Made by a program: the position numbers and the translations under genes. The notes beneath the pieces are model-generated. The model searched no databases, had not been told where the DNA came from, and saw only the letters and a program-made list of their open reading frames with translations. A DNA stretch of 64,000 bases from Kudoa neothunni. Its lineage: Eukaryota; Animalia; Cnidaria. This document shows, in pieces, positions 27,538 to 41,087 of this stretch; position 1 is the stretch's first letter, and every line of letters starts with the position of its first letter. The stretch is taken from contig OZ199838.1 of NCBI GenBank assembly GCA_964304625.1, forward strand, positions 12,963,843-13,027,842, in the 5' to 3' direction.

Positions 27538-29013
27538 TTAATTGGTCGTTGGACATTCTTCGCTCTCATCAATCTTAGCCGCTTCGCCTTCATTATAGAC
27601 ATCTCCACATATTTTTTGGCATTGTTCCTTTGTTTTAAAGTTGTTCGAGTTTCCATTATATCCTTTGTAACAAAATGATTTGCACGTTTTATCCTTTGAA
27701 TCGTAATAGAATCTCTTTGCTTTAAAAGTTCCACCACTTCCTTCACCCGCTTTAGCTAGTGTGCATGTTACTTCGATTTTTATTTCTTTTTTGTAACCTC
27801 CTAAATTCGTTTAAATTAATCTAATTTTACTCAATAAAAATTATAAGCATTATTTTAAAAATTTTCATATTTTCGAGAATTTAAACGAGTTCGTACCTGC
27901 GCCGCAGTAACTATGGCACATTTCCATGGTGGGAAAACTGTTCTTTGATTTCTCGAAACCGGGTTCTGAAACAGGACCACTTTCCATTCTTTTACAAATG
28001 TCATTTTTATCGTCATAATAATATCTGAATATGATAGTTGAAGAATCTCCATTGGTGTTTACAGCTGTTTGTGAGGGACTGCTGTCACAAGCAAGAACTC
28101 TCTTATTTTGATCATTTACGGTAGAATTGTTGGTAGCATTATTTGGATACGCTAAAAAAAATAAATAATAATGAAATTATTTCTATACGATAGCATGTCT
28201 TGACGCATTCAGCAAACGATCTAAATATTCCTCTTGTATTCGAATCTATTGAAGCAGCAGCAAAAGCACACTTATTGTTTTTGGTATCAGCCACAATTGC
28301 AGTGCTTGGATCTTTATCTTTAACATCAGGTCTTAATGTGCAGTCCAAAGCGTTTGGTACCGAATATTTCCCTTCATTATCAAGTCCACTTATTTTGGAA
28401 TCATCAGCACTTGTGAGCCCTCCATTTTTTTTGTCTAATTAAAAGATAAATAACTATTAGAATTGGAATTAGTGATGATTACTTAAACAATATAAATAGC
28501 ACTCAGTGTCACTTTCATATCTATTAAAACTTCCACCACATCCATTATAGGGGAAAGTTTCGCACTTGGCAGTTGTTGGATTAAAGTAATATTTTGTCGA
28601 GATCTGCGAATTTTTAACGCAGTGTCCTGGATGCTTTGGTTTTTTACATCCTTTAAGCTTTTCTCTTTGAGTTAACGTACCTCGAAAGAATCTTATTATG
28701 ACAAATTTTAATCTATGGCATACCATGCATTTCGCATAGTCCTTTAGACGCAAAATTGTTATAATTTCCTTTGATACCTCGATATTCGAGAGGTTTGCAT
28801 TTAGCGTCATTGATGTCAATAAACCAACGGTCGATGACATTGTTCATGCTTTTTTTCAACACCTATAGGCCAGTCTCCTTCATCTCTTTCGTAAGATGGT
28901 AAAATTGGATCTAATAAGTAGTTAGATAGCAAGAATATTGTAATTTAGCAATTACCAGCTAGGCAATAAGATAAAGATATAACGTATATTATTTTATAAA
29001 ATGGGGATCTCAT
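27538..29013 (-). CDS. Secreted penta-Kunitz protein, copy 2 (one +1 indel in an A-run in exon 2)
   Basis: Same six-exon structure as 19687-21138, starting MRSPFYKIIYVISLSYCLA. All exons are open except a 7-base run at 28850-28856 that is 6 bases in copy 1. Confidence 0.85.
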
Positions 29014-30979
29014 TGTTTTAACTAATGTTTGAGGAAAATTCGGAACGAAGAATAGGAATCATATGATTTATGAATTAGTAATAATTTTCAATATATGAAT
29101 ACGATTAGGATTAAATAAATCAGTTTTATCGAATGTGTGTATAATTACATTAAGTATTTAACAACAATTAATAATCTAAAGTAACGTCCTATGTTTGTTT
29201 TTATAACATTAATCTTATATTTTTTGCATTGATAACATCCAATAAAGGCTGAAATATTGAATAATTAAAATTTGAAAAGATGTTCCATTGTACCATATAT
29301 ATTAATTTTAATTTAAATACACAAAATATTGAAAAATCGTTAAAAAATTAAATAATTAATTAGATGTCCTAATTATCTTTACATTCTCTATAATTGATGA
29401 TTTTAGTTAGGTATGTTTATGATGTCCCATAAAATCTTTTCTAATGAATATATAAAGCATAATTAGGACATTAAAAATTTGTGGTAGACAACCGCTCGTT
29501 TGTAATACCGACAGTCCTTATTTTTTTAAGAATATTCTTGTCTAATGCTTGATTGAATACATTCAATTATTCCAAGAACTGATACACTATAATGAATGAT
29601 CATTTATAATATTAATATTATTAAACATTCAATAAAAATTATGAAGGTAGAAAAATCAAATGTGAATCGGTTCTCTGCACTTTCCGATTTGATTTATGGA
29701 GTGGTGTCAAAAACATCGCATCGTGTTATATGGCTAAAAATTGACGAATATTTGTCATGTATATAATCTCCTCCCAGCTTCAATTTACAACACAATCTTT
29801 TCCCAACAATCGACTAATGTGATTCATAAATTATCGTAAATGATTCTTCCCAATAACCACCAAATAGAAATACTCATTTCTTGACGTCCATTTCGTAAAC
29901 TTATCCTAAAAGAAGACGGTAAATGAATAATATCTCCAAAAGCCATCCTTTCCCCTAAACATCAGACATTACCTATTCCACGAGTTCACGCCACAAGACG
30001 TGTTGCGTTAATACAAAATGTAGTATTTAGACACTCTAGAAATTTATCATGTATCTAATCCCTTATGTTGTTTTATTTTCAAGCTGTTTTCGTTTACTGG
30101 TGCTAACATTCCAAACTTAGTTATAACATTATTGATAGACTATTAAAATTAACATACGAAATAATTAGGTATTTTGAAAACATGTCGAAGTTTGAATCTA
30201 AGTTGGCACGTTGCGTCGCTTAAACCTTTACGCTTTTCCTCACTTAATTATTCATCGATGAAAAAAATGAAATTATTGTCTAACTATTAATATGATAAGG
30301 AAATCACTTAGGAAGGATTAAAATAAGAATCTCGAAGAAGGCGTATTTAATTAGATCTAGTGAGTGAGATCAATGAGAATTTTTATTTCTGTGGTTGGAG
30401 TTATAATTATAAGAAGCGAAATTTTTAAATCTAAATATAAAGATAAAAAGAGGCTTGAAAAGGATAGTTTCAAAAAGATTCAATCCAGAAGAATGAATTT
30501 TCGTGGAGAGGTCAACGATGTTAACCATACCTATGTTGAAGAATAGATAGCTTACTAAAAAATCCTTTCATTTAATAATTGGAAAATATAAAAATTGCAA
30601 ATTCTCTAAAATTATAAAACAAACTCTCCTCATTTACAAAGCGAATTTACTCTCGTAGCTAACTGCACAAATAATTTATCCGTATCTCGTTGAACTTAAT
30701 AAAAAATACAACCTAAGGTTTGAATCATTTTTTTATTTCATGCAACACAAATTGTTACCAAAATATTGTATATTCTCGTAATAAACTGATATTTGTGCCT
30801 AAAATACAGGTGTATTTCAACCTTTTGAATGAGGTATCAAATTTATTTAAGGCTAATTATTAAAAATTCATACGTTCCACTGAATTAGATTTCCATTTCA
30901 CTAACCTGACATACTTGATAGTTTGATGTTAACTAAGTACATCTGGAATGATGTATCCATTGAAACAATTAAAAAATAC

Positions 30980-32021
30980 GGGTATTCTTTACAAAAGGGG
31001 ACGGCCGTAGGAAATTTTCGCCGCGCGGTGGGAAAATGGAAAACTTTGGGAGAAATTTTGATTTGGAAAATATTGATTCCATCAATATGATGGAATATGC
31101 ATTTTTTAGGGTAGATATAATATACGATATAAAACAGCGGAATCTTGGTTTGATTTCATCAGAGAAAAAATGTATTTATGGTGCAATGATGAATCTCATA
31201 TCAAATGAAAATTGCCAAGACCTGTTTTTCTTCTAATGTCTCGATTGTTTAAAAAGCAAAATCTACGAGTTGGATCAATATTTCAGCATTCCAAACTGCC
31301 GCTGTGGAAACTATTTGTATTTTTCCTCGTAAAAATTCAATCTAACAAGTTACCTGCGAGGAAATACAAAAGCACGCTGGATTTTTCTCTTCAAAATCAT
31401 TAAGTGATTGGTCTAAATTGTTTAGAAGTATTGTTACATTGAAGATTACGGATGAACGAAAAAAAATTGGTGGTACAAATGTCGTTTTCCAGATCGATGA
31501 AACTGCGGTGACTAAAAGAAAATGTAATGTTGTTAGACTTTTAAAACCCCAGAGATATTGGATTGTTGGTGGTATAGATGAGGAAGGTGAATGTTTTTTT
31601 GAACTGACGAAGAGAAGAAGCAGTGATGTGCTTGATGAAATTATTCTTAATAATGTTGAAGAGAATTCTGTTATTTGGACAGATAAATGGAGGGGTTACA
31701 ATCGTCTACACGATTATGGATTTCTTCACGATACGTTCTGTCACAAATCTTCGTTTGTTTCTGGTACTAGTGTACATACAAATAAAATCGAAGCTACATG
31801 GGGAGGATTTAAAAGAAAGTACCGGGAACATTACTAATAAAAATGAAGAGTCATTATATGACTTCATTTAGGATTATATATTCCGTAAAAATATAGAGGA
31901 GTCGAACTTAGTATCTTCTTTAAAGAAATAATGAATAATTATTTAATATAATTTGTTTTGCCGTTTTCCGCGATTTTTCCCAAAAATTTCCGACTGCCGT
32001 CCCGTTTTGTAAAGGATAGCC
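30980..32021 (+). mobile_element. Merlin (IS1016/ISXO2-like DDE) DNA transposon with disrupted transposase
   Basis: About 40-bp imperfect TIRs (gggtattctttacaaaaggggacggc / gccgtcccgttttgtaaaggatagcc). ORF pieces contain KIGG..VFQIDET, WIVGGID, IWTDKWRGY, VHTNKIEATW across three frames. No clear TSD. Confidence 0.88.
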
Positions 32022-32949
32022 ACATCAATCATAATTTTCCACGAATTTGCAATACAATTCAAAAAGAGGATGTAACGATTTGTCCTTTTGTTAATTGTTC
32101 ATCCCAAGAAAATATGTTAAGCGTGGCAATAAATGATGGAAAATTTGAAAAATATTAATTAAATAATTGTAAAATTATTTAACGAAAAATCACATTGTCA
32201 TTATGAAGAGCCCCAAAATATATTTCTAACAGCTTAGTTCCGAAAAGTAGGATAAAGTTACTGGGCTATTTCCAGCATGTTATGGGAATATTAATCAAAA
32301 CTTAAGACGAGTAAATAAATATTTTAAATAGATATTATTCAGAAATTTTAAATAACTTTTTTATTCATTTTCACATAATCATAAAATTACAAAATAATAG
32401 ATTTGAATCTATAGTTTGTACTTTTTACGCAATCTCGAGGGGATTGCAAAAGAGCCGGTCACTACTGCAATCTACAAAAAAAGGAAATGAAAAATATATC
32501 TCAACCTTTGTAAAAGTTTTATTTTAATCCAATAAATAATAAAATTAGGTCATTTTTTTTAATTTGGTTTAATTTCTACAAATTTCACTTATTCCAAAAT
32601 TTATCTCGAATATTTTGTTTTCTAACTTCATACGAATTGTATTTAAGAATATAATGAATCAAGTGTTTAACTCTTGAGGTAAATATGGTATTTTTTCGCA
32701 CAAGATCAAAACCCATCCTCGTAACTGTTGCAATAAGCCATCATCTAGAATTCGGACCTATTTCAGTCTTAATGCGATGACGTAGATCAAAATATGATTG
32801 AAAATCTTTAAAATGTAAGACATTAAATAATATGTCAAATAGATAAAACGTTAGTAAGCATAATTATTCAATTTCTGTGCAGATGCAAGAAAATTCTTCA
32901 ACAAAATTTAAACAATTAAAAAATAAATTTTATTCTTTAATTTTCCTTT

Positions 32950-33600
32950 GAAAAATGCTATAATTTTTAGATAAATGCTAAAATTACATATTTATTTAAT
33001 TTAAGCTATTCCTTACAAACGAGTCAATCTTGTTTATTATCGGACCTGGTTTTGAGATCATATCAACACCGCCATATGCTTATTTATTCAGGACAATATC
33101 GTGTTTTGATCTAATATAGACTTTCTCGCTACATCGCAAAAGTGATATTATCTATAAACCACCACAAAAATATCTTATGCATCGAAAATACCATATTTTA
33201 ATCTCAGCTAATTTGATGCCTTATTACATGACATCATAGTCTTGAAAGTGAATAATGTGTAAAATTACTGAGTCCCTTTGCTGTATTAAATGATCCACCT
33301 ACGTCCTATAGTACTGAAACAAAAATAATGGCATATATTTAATTCCTATTGGAATATGAATATTTTCCCCAAACGCTAAAAGAGAGAAATTATCAAGAAC
33401 TTACTCTTCAAAAAATCCAAAATACATCATGATTTCTTAAAATAATAATTCTGCATCTTCAGATATTTCATTTACAATATTCTCTTGATCTATAAATCCT
33501 AATATGGTCAAAAAAATAGTAGGCCAAAATAACTATACTATTTATTGTATCAATAATTTAAAAAAAGTTTTCAACATGGGAATAACCGCGCCAAATTATT
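32950..33600 (-). pseudogene. Possible highly decayed piggyBac transposase remnant
   Basis: Minus strand near 33055-33110 reads KHDIVL..YGGVDM, resembling the piggyBac YN..MGGVD motif. Many stops; limits approximate. Confidence 0.3.
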
Positions 33601-34500
33601 TAATCGTAAATATACACAAGAAAAAATAATTTTGGATTGATATCGAGAAAAATTAAAAATAATTTTTCGTATGAACATTAGCGATCACTAAATTCTTATA
33701 AAATTAACCTCGAAGAACTACCTCAATTATATGAGCTATAATCTGCAATGTATTCAACTTAGTTTTATCATTTATTAAAATTAATACAATAAACGCCTCA
33801 AATATGATGAAAATAGTTCCCCTCACTTTTTTTAAACATAGCAAAAAATTTAATCCAATCGACAACTTACGAAGAAACTCAAATCTAGTCTACTTGAGGA
33901 GCCTATACAACAAAAATCAAAAAAAAATACATAAGCAATCCTTAAAGAATTTTCCATAATACTCGTTGAAATATATATTCATAAAAATGCAGTAAACTAT
34001 TTATAGAACATTCGATACCGTGAAAACATAAAATTTGATTATTAGGATAATCCTTATCATGTGACAACATAAGATAGGAGATAATCTGGATTAATTTTAC
34101 CCCAAATTGATATAAAACCATTTAAGACGCTCAATTTCAATAACCTATTTTTAAAAAATTTAGTCGACTTTGAAGGAGTCTATTACGGCTAATGAGACAT
34201 TTAAAACGCATTTTTATACCTCAAAAATTCAAAAATATTATTCCAAAATTATTTCTTTCATAAGTGAATTGGATATTGATTCCACATACTCAAAGGTTTG
34301 ATTTTTTACCTAAATAATGTATTAACGATTAAGAGCGATGTATGCCGGGCATAGAAGTAAAATCCGTTCCATTTGTCAGGTCTACCCTAAATAAAACCCC
34401 AAATCCACAAAAAATTGTTTTAACATTCAAAAATAAATAACATAAACGCTTCTGAAATTGATCTATAAAACAAACAAACATAAATATATTTGACCAAGCT

Positions 34501-37500
34501 ATGATGACCGAATCTGAAAGCTCGGTATGTTAATTTATAACAAAAAGTTTACATGTTATTTGATAATCTAATAAGGAAACTGATCAACAAGATTCAGAAT
34601 ACGAAATTCCAGACGATAATTCAACCAGTGAGGACATTTCAGATGATAAATTACCTAAATACAACGTGAAGAAAATAAATGAAGTTTGTGTGGACGATTT
34701 CGATGATATTGGATTTAATAGACGGATGAGGTTATTTTTACCAAATTTTCTGATTTCTACTCATATTATAGTACGGTTGGAGATATTCCACCGAAAACAA
34801 ATGAATCCATCTATAAATTGCATTCAGGATATGGAATGCCAGATTTTTTATGGAAAAACCTGTTAGAGTACAACTCAATATTATAATTGTTAGTTTGGAT
34901 ATCAAACATGAGTTTAGCTATCAAAGGACTGGCATTAAATGGTTTTGGGATTTGCACCTTAGAAATAGAGGAGGGATTTTATCGGATGAGATGGGTCTTG
35001 GCAAAACTATTCAGCTTATTGTGTTTCTTGCTGGTCTCCATTTTAGTGGGATCAACAGTGGCAATGAAATGTTGTTTGGAATAGCCTCTAAGCTAATTTA
35101 TAACATTAATTTAAAACAGGTTTGAGGGATTTGGAACCGTATTGCTATTGTGCCCATCCACTATTCTCAAACAATGGACAAAAGAGTTTCATACTTGGTG
35201 GCCTTGGTTTCGGATTATAATTTTTCATAACTCAAGCACAAAAAGTCTCCAAGAAGTAATTACTGTCTTGTTTGAGTAGTATAATTGTGTGATAGAGAAT
35301 GAACGCATTAAAGAAATTCACCAGAATGAGCGGCACTATTATAATCACCACATACAACACTGTGCTTTTGTACAGAAGAGCACTTTCTAGTATTGATTGG
35401 GATTATGTTGTGTTGGATGAGGGACATAAGATTAAAAATCCTGATATCGATCTTACATTGATGGTGAAAGGGGTGAGTTTAACAGCGTTAATTTTTTACC
35501 TAATTCGTGAAATATAGTTTAAAACTGCTCATCGGATTATTTTATCTGGCACTCCCATCCAAAATAACCTCAAAGAATTGTGGTCATTGATGGATTTTGT
35601 GTGCCCGCGATTGTTGGGGACCCTACCCTCGTTTGTGGAAAATATCTCTAGACCAATATCATTTGGTGGCTATGCTAATGCGACAAAATTGCAAGCATTG
35701 ACTTGTTATAAAACCGCCAAAATTTTGCAAAATATCATCGAGCCATATATGTTGAGAAGAGCGAAATCGCAAGTTCAAAAAACATTGAAGTTGCCACCAA
35801 AAAAAGAGCGAATCCTCTTCTGCCAACTCACTCCACATCAAGGGAATTTATATAAACAATACATAACAAGCAATGTTATTCAGGATGTGTTTAGCAATAA
35901 AATTGGTGTAAATTTAAGTTTTATTATCTCAAAATTTGAGCTATGTTGAAATTGGCGTAGATTCTTCAAGCGGTTGGTTATTTGAGGAAATTATGCAATC
36001 ATCCCAATCTAATCAAACAACGCCTAAGAAATGATTCTGTTAACGATTCCTCCAGTTCTTATGATGAACGGAACTACGATGTGGAATTTTTTATGAGATC
36101 TGGAAAAATGGTTGTTTTGGATTCTCTACTTAAACGATGGAAAATTCTCAATCACCGTGTTTTACTATTTTCACAATCACGAAAAGTATCTTAAATCTAT
36201 CTGTCAAATACCGCTATTAACTTGTGGGTTAGATGCTCTCATTGTTGGAGGCATTTTTCAAGCGCTGTAACTATTCTTATGTACGAATGGATGGTGCTGT
36301 ATCTATAAATCAGCGGGAAAAACTCATCAACCGATTCAACAATGTAACATCAATTTATATAATACTCATATAAACGTTAATCAATATTTTTTTAGGATAA
36401 TGAGATATTTATTTTTCTGTTAACTACAAGGGTTGGAGGTGTGGGACTTAATTTAACCGCAGCCAACAGAGTTATTATATACGATCCCGATTGGAATCCT
36501 TCGACCGATATACAAGCTAGAGAGAGAGCGTGGCGAATCGGCCAAAAAAGCGATGTCACTATCTATAGACTCGTCTCTAGTGGTACTATCGAAGAAAAAA
36601 TCTATCAGAGGTTTTTAGTTGTCTAGATTTATTTGAGAAAAATTGTTTATAAACTAGACAAGTGTACAAACAATTTCTTTCCACCAAAGTTTTGGATAAT
36701 GCAGCCCATTCCAGAAACCTTTTCAAATTTAAGGATATCCATGATCTATTCACATATGAAGGCGATAATGATGTCAATCAAAATGGTGATACCAATCCGA
36801 GTAAACAGTCAGCTATATCCGAAGATCTACAACTTAATAAAGGTTGTTTTGATTGTGGATGATAGATTATGTGTTAACTGCGATTCTATTAGCTCCCACT
36901 ATTCCTGGCCTGGTCAAGGTGGTTAACAGACATAAAAATGACCCAAGTCTGAATGAGGGTCGCAGTAATGGCAATTCCACATCCACTGTAGACTTCACAG
37001 TAAACTCCCCATTAGATTCCACCCAAGTTGAAGATTGTCTTTTGAACTTTTTAATTCGAAAAAATAAAAGTTCGCACTCATTTTGTTAGTATATTTTTAT
37101 TAATGAGAGTCGTTTAGATTTGAAAAGAGCTATCGAATTCGATCAGGTGAGTAAACAAAACAAGCAAATGGACTCTGTGGTTTTCGAAGAAGAAGCCAAT
37201 CGAAGAACAAATGACGCTGTGGCAGCTCTGAAAAGTTCTGTTTCGTCTTCGAATGATAATAGTTTCTATGCACCAACGTGGACTGGAAAAAATGGTGCCA
37301 ATAAATCTAGTGATGGTCTCTCACGAAATGGTTCCGATTTATCAACTACCATCCTGTCAAGTCGTAAACGTCAAATTTACAGCCAATCCAACAATATAGT
37401 TTCATCTAAGGATCTGCTTCGTTCACTATCCACTGGAGATTCGTTGAAGCAAATATCCCATCAAAACAAAAAACAAGGCCTGTTTTCAGAACTTCTTGAC

Positions 37501-37683
37501 TTTATAAAACAATGTGGTGGTTCTGTAAACTCGGAGAAGCTCATTTCCCGCTTTGATAACTCGGTTACCAAAGGAATAGACACGCAAGTGTTTGTTAGAG
37601 TTTTGAAAATAATTTGCACATTTGTGCCCTCCGATACCGGATCCAGCAAAGGAAGATGGGTTCTAAAAAGAGAATTCTTGTAG
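34501..37683 (+). CDS. ERCC6: ERCC6/CSB (Rad26) SNF2-family ATPase, about 13 exons
   Basis: [98 protein letters not shown] and a C-terminal winged-helix ending WVLKREFL. Start codon tentative. Confidence 0.93.
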
Positions 37684-38986
37684 ATATTAGTCGTTGTTAG
37701 TCCTTTTCTGTTATTAATTATATTAAATTTGCATATTCTAATATATTCGCTGGAATAATTCGCGCCAATAAAATATTCTCTTGATATTACATAATTTGCA
37801 TTTGTAGCCTATTCTGTGTTGATGATTAAAAATTTTAATATTATATTTAATTAATTTGAAATTAATACGAATAATTCCGTTTCTTTTATTGCTGTTGTGG
37901 TAAATTTACATTAGCGTCATTGCTATGGAAATTGTCAGTTATTTTCTCTGAAAAAAATTATCAAATAGGAATAATTGTAGTTTACAGAAAAGAATGGTAT
38001 TGTAATCAATTTTTTGTTTTAAATCAAAAAGTAGCTATTTTCATGATAAATAATATTAAGGTGTCATTAGTTTTGATTATATTTAATTATTTCTGAACAC
38101 TAATAATGAAGCGGTGAGTCAGAAATAATTTAATACAACAAGTTCTAAAAAAATAAATTTGCATACAGATTGTGAGTAAGAGTTACTGATATAAATTCCG
38201 GCGCGCGTGCGTACATTCGTTTAGGATTAAAATTTCCCGTGCTGTACGCATATGCTTTTAGAAAATAAATGCATTTAAGGCCCGAGTACCGCTATATTTT
38301 GATTTCTTAGAATATTTAAATGTATCTTACTAATCCATGAGCTATGTTTGAGTGTCACAAGGTAGAAAAATGGGTTTGTAAGGGATAAAAAATTACTCTA
38401 AATAAAGACAAAATCTATATGTAATAAATAAATAAATAAATTTTCACTTAATGCATTACTAATCGGATAAATTTGTAGTTTGTAGGTAGTACACAAAAAC
38501 ATTGATACCGTGTATCGAAGTGTCATTAACTATTTATAGCATTGTTTATTAATGCAAAAGTTTCAATAATACATTTTCAGCACCTGCTTGTAACTTTAGC
38601 TAAATTAATACTGCTAATCCCTAATTATTATATTGTTATTATTTCATATTATAAAATGAACTAAATGCCAATCACATGTATTATGGTGATAAATAATCAT
38701 TATCTCTTCTATGAAATGATAAAAGAAAAATTGTCTAGCCCACAAAAACACTAACAAGCGCAGAGGATAAACCCTTTGCGTTTGCGCACAAATGAAGTAA
38801 CACTCATTTTTGGCAATGACAACAGTGTAATCACCCCATTTAACGAATTATAATATTAATTAGCATGATAACATTACCTATTTGCCACCTGAATGCACAA
38901 TACTATAATTTGGCAGGACTATAGATAAGGCTGCGTATTGCGCAACTAAAGTATTAACTCAGGTTATATTGTGTAAGCGCTGCTAA

Positions 38987-39358
38987 ATGAGATCACAGAA
39001 TAGACAACTTCAAACTAATACCACAGTTGAAGTAACTGAAGAAGAACAAAATCCAGTATAAAACTTAGTTGTTGAGTTGGAATCGGTTCATTAATAAATT
39101 TATAATTATAAGGAATTAACGCTAGAACCCACCAACACCAACGAAAATACCGCTAATAGACGGGTCACATGGACAGACAGTACCATAGACAATGAAAATA
39201 TGGGCAAAAAAAGCTCCAAATGTTGTTGTGTATATAAGAAACCGCCTCAATTTGATGAAGATGGTAATCCAATATCCAGCGACGACGACAATAGCCACAA
39301 ATGCAATGAGGACAGTTGTTGGATGGGTCCTTCATCCTATCATGGGAAATCGAAATGA
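38987..39358 (+). CDS. PPP1R11: Protein phosphatase 1 inhibitor-3 (PPP1R11/Ypi1), 2 exons
   Basis: Frame not in the ORF track: RRVTWTDSTIDNENMGKKSSKCCCVYKKP, i.e. the RVxW PP1-binding motif plus the KCCC signature. Confidence 0.92.
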
Positions 39359-41087
39359 AATAGTTGTTTGTAGATTCGATTTTTTGTAATGAGCGATTTG
39401 TAGCTATTAAATATTTTGTTTGCTTTTGATTGTATTATACAATTTTCACTAGTCAAAGTATTTATTTTCCGGAACTACAGTCACTTAATACTAAAAAAAA
39501 TAAATGCAAGAAATAATGATGGATATTATTTATAACATTGAATAATATTAATATCGATGATATAAACATTAATTTTTTAAATTTTACTTAAAAAATTATG
39601 TTACTACTAGCTCGGAGGTTTCTTCTTCTCCTCCTCCTCCATCAGGGAGTTGTCTTATTCTTCTTTTAAAAATAGGAATATCTTAAAGCAATTAGGAAGC
39701 ATTAATCAACGTAATTAACCCCTCTATGACGAGTTAAACTAAAAATTTGTTGTTTGTATCATCCATTCTGCGATTGGGTTAACCGAATAAAAATTAAGTA
39801 ATAAATCTGAAATCTCATAAAATATGATTAACTCTCTAAAGCTAAATAAAAACTTTCGACGATTTTTCTCGCTCGGATTCCTCTTTTTAAACAATTAGAA
39901 TCTAAATACACTGTCTTTTATGATAAAAACATCAATTATCTTGAAGTTCAATATAACTTATTATAGCATACACTGTTAATTCATCATTTTTAAAGAAAAG
40001 AGAGAACTCAGTCATCTTTTTAAAACTGAGAATAAAATTTCTATAGTGTAATTGTTAACCTTCGTATGAATCTGGAATCAATTTTTATTCAAACATTAAA
40101 AATATACTTGTTAGTTTTTTATTGTAACATTAAGACTTTTAACAGTAGAATAATCTTGAAAACTATTAATATACAAACTTGTAAAATGACTAAAAATTAA
40201 AAATTATATAAATCGTAAAATTTACATTCCAATTAATTTTCTACTATCAATTATAATGGTCAAATGATAATTCTGATTTAAATTAATTTGTGGAAAAGAA
40301 AATATAAAATGAACCTTTGTCCAAATAATATCTACCTTTTAACATATTTGAGTATATAAGAATAAATAAATTAATTATCAGTTTATTATTATTATTAGTT
40401 TTCCATTTTTTTATCTAGGAACTAACATGCATCACATCAATGTAATAATCCTTTTTCTTGGTATAAAGACCTTTCAATAATAAGATATATAGTATATATT
40501 CACAAATTATCTTAATACTAAATAATGGGGAAAAATATTATCTCTAATTACGCCTTAGAAATAATACACATCGAGACAGGGTATACGAGAAATAAACATA
40601 TTGTATTCTGCAACACTGATTGATTATTTGTGACTTGGAAATTTTTTTCACGTTTTTATACTAAATTTCTCATCTGTTTCTAACCAATTGGACCAAAATC
40701 AAAATATAAGCTATTTAATTACAACTTCAAGTCAATAAATAATTATTAACCTCAAATAAAACATTCTAAAAATACTCTTCATTCGCATGTTCTAGCCAAT
40801 AAAATATAATTTTCTAAGCTAGTATAATCGGGTTTTTGATCGACTCAAACCATTAATTTCCAATTAATACTATATCATATTTTTTAACAAAAAATAGTGT
40901 AACTATTCGCTAGATGTTTCGTAATTTTATTCACGAATTTAACAGGAGGTTTCATTCGTCATAAACAACTACGAAGGAATTTGCATGATACAGTTGACAA
41001 ATTAAATATGGATAACTTAAACGCAGACAATATCACTTAGTTACATATAAACACACAATAGTAGGTAATATAACTACAAAGTAATAA

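Noticed and set aside
32950-37683. CSB-piggyBac fusion like primate CSB-PGBD3
   Set aside because: The putative piggyBac remnant is upstream, on the opposite strand and heavily decayed.
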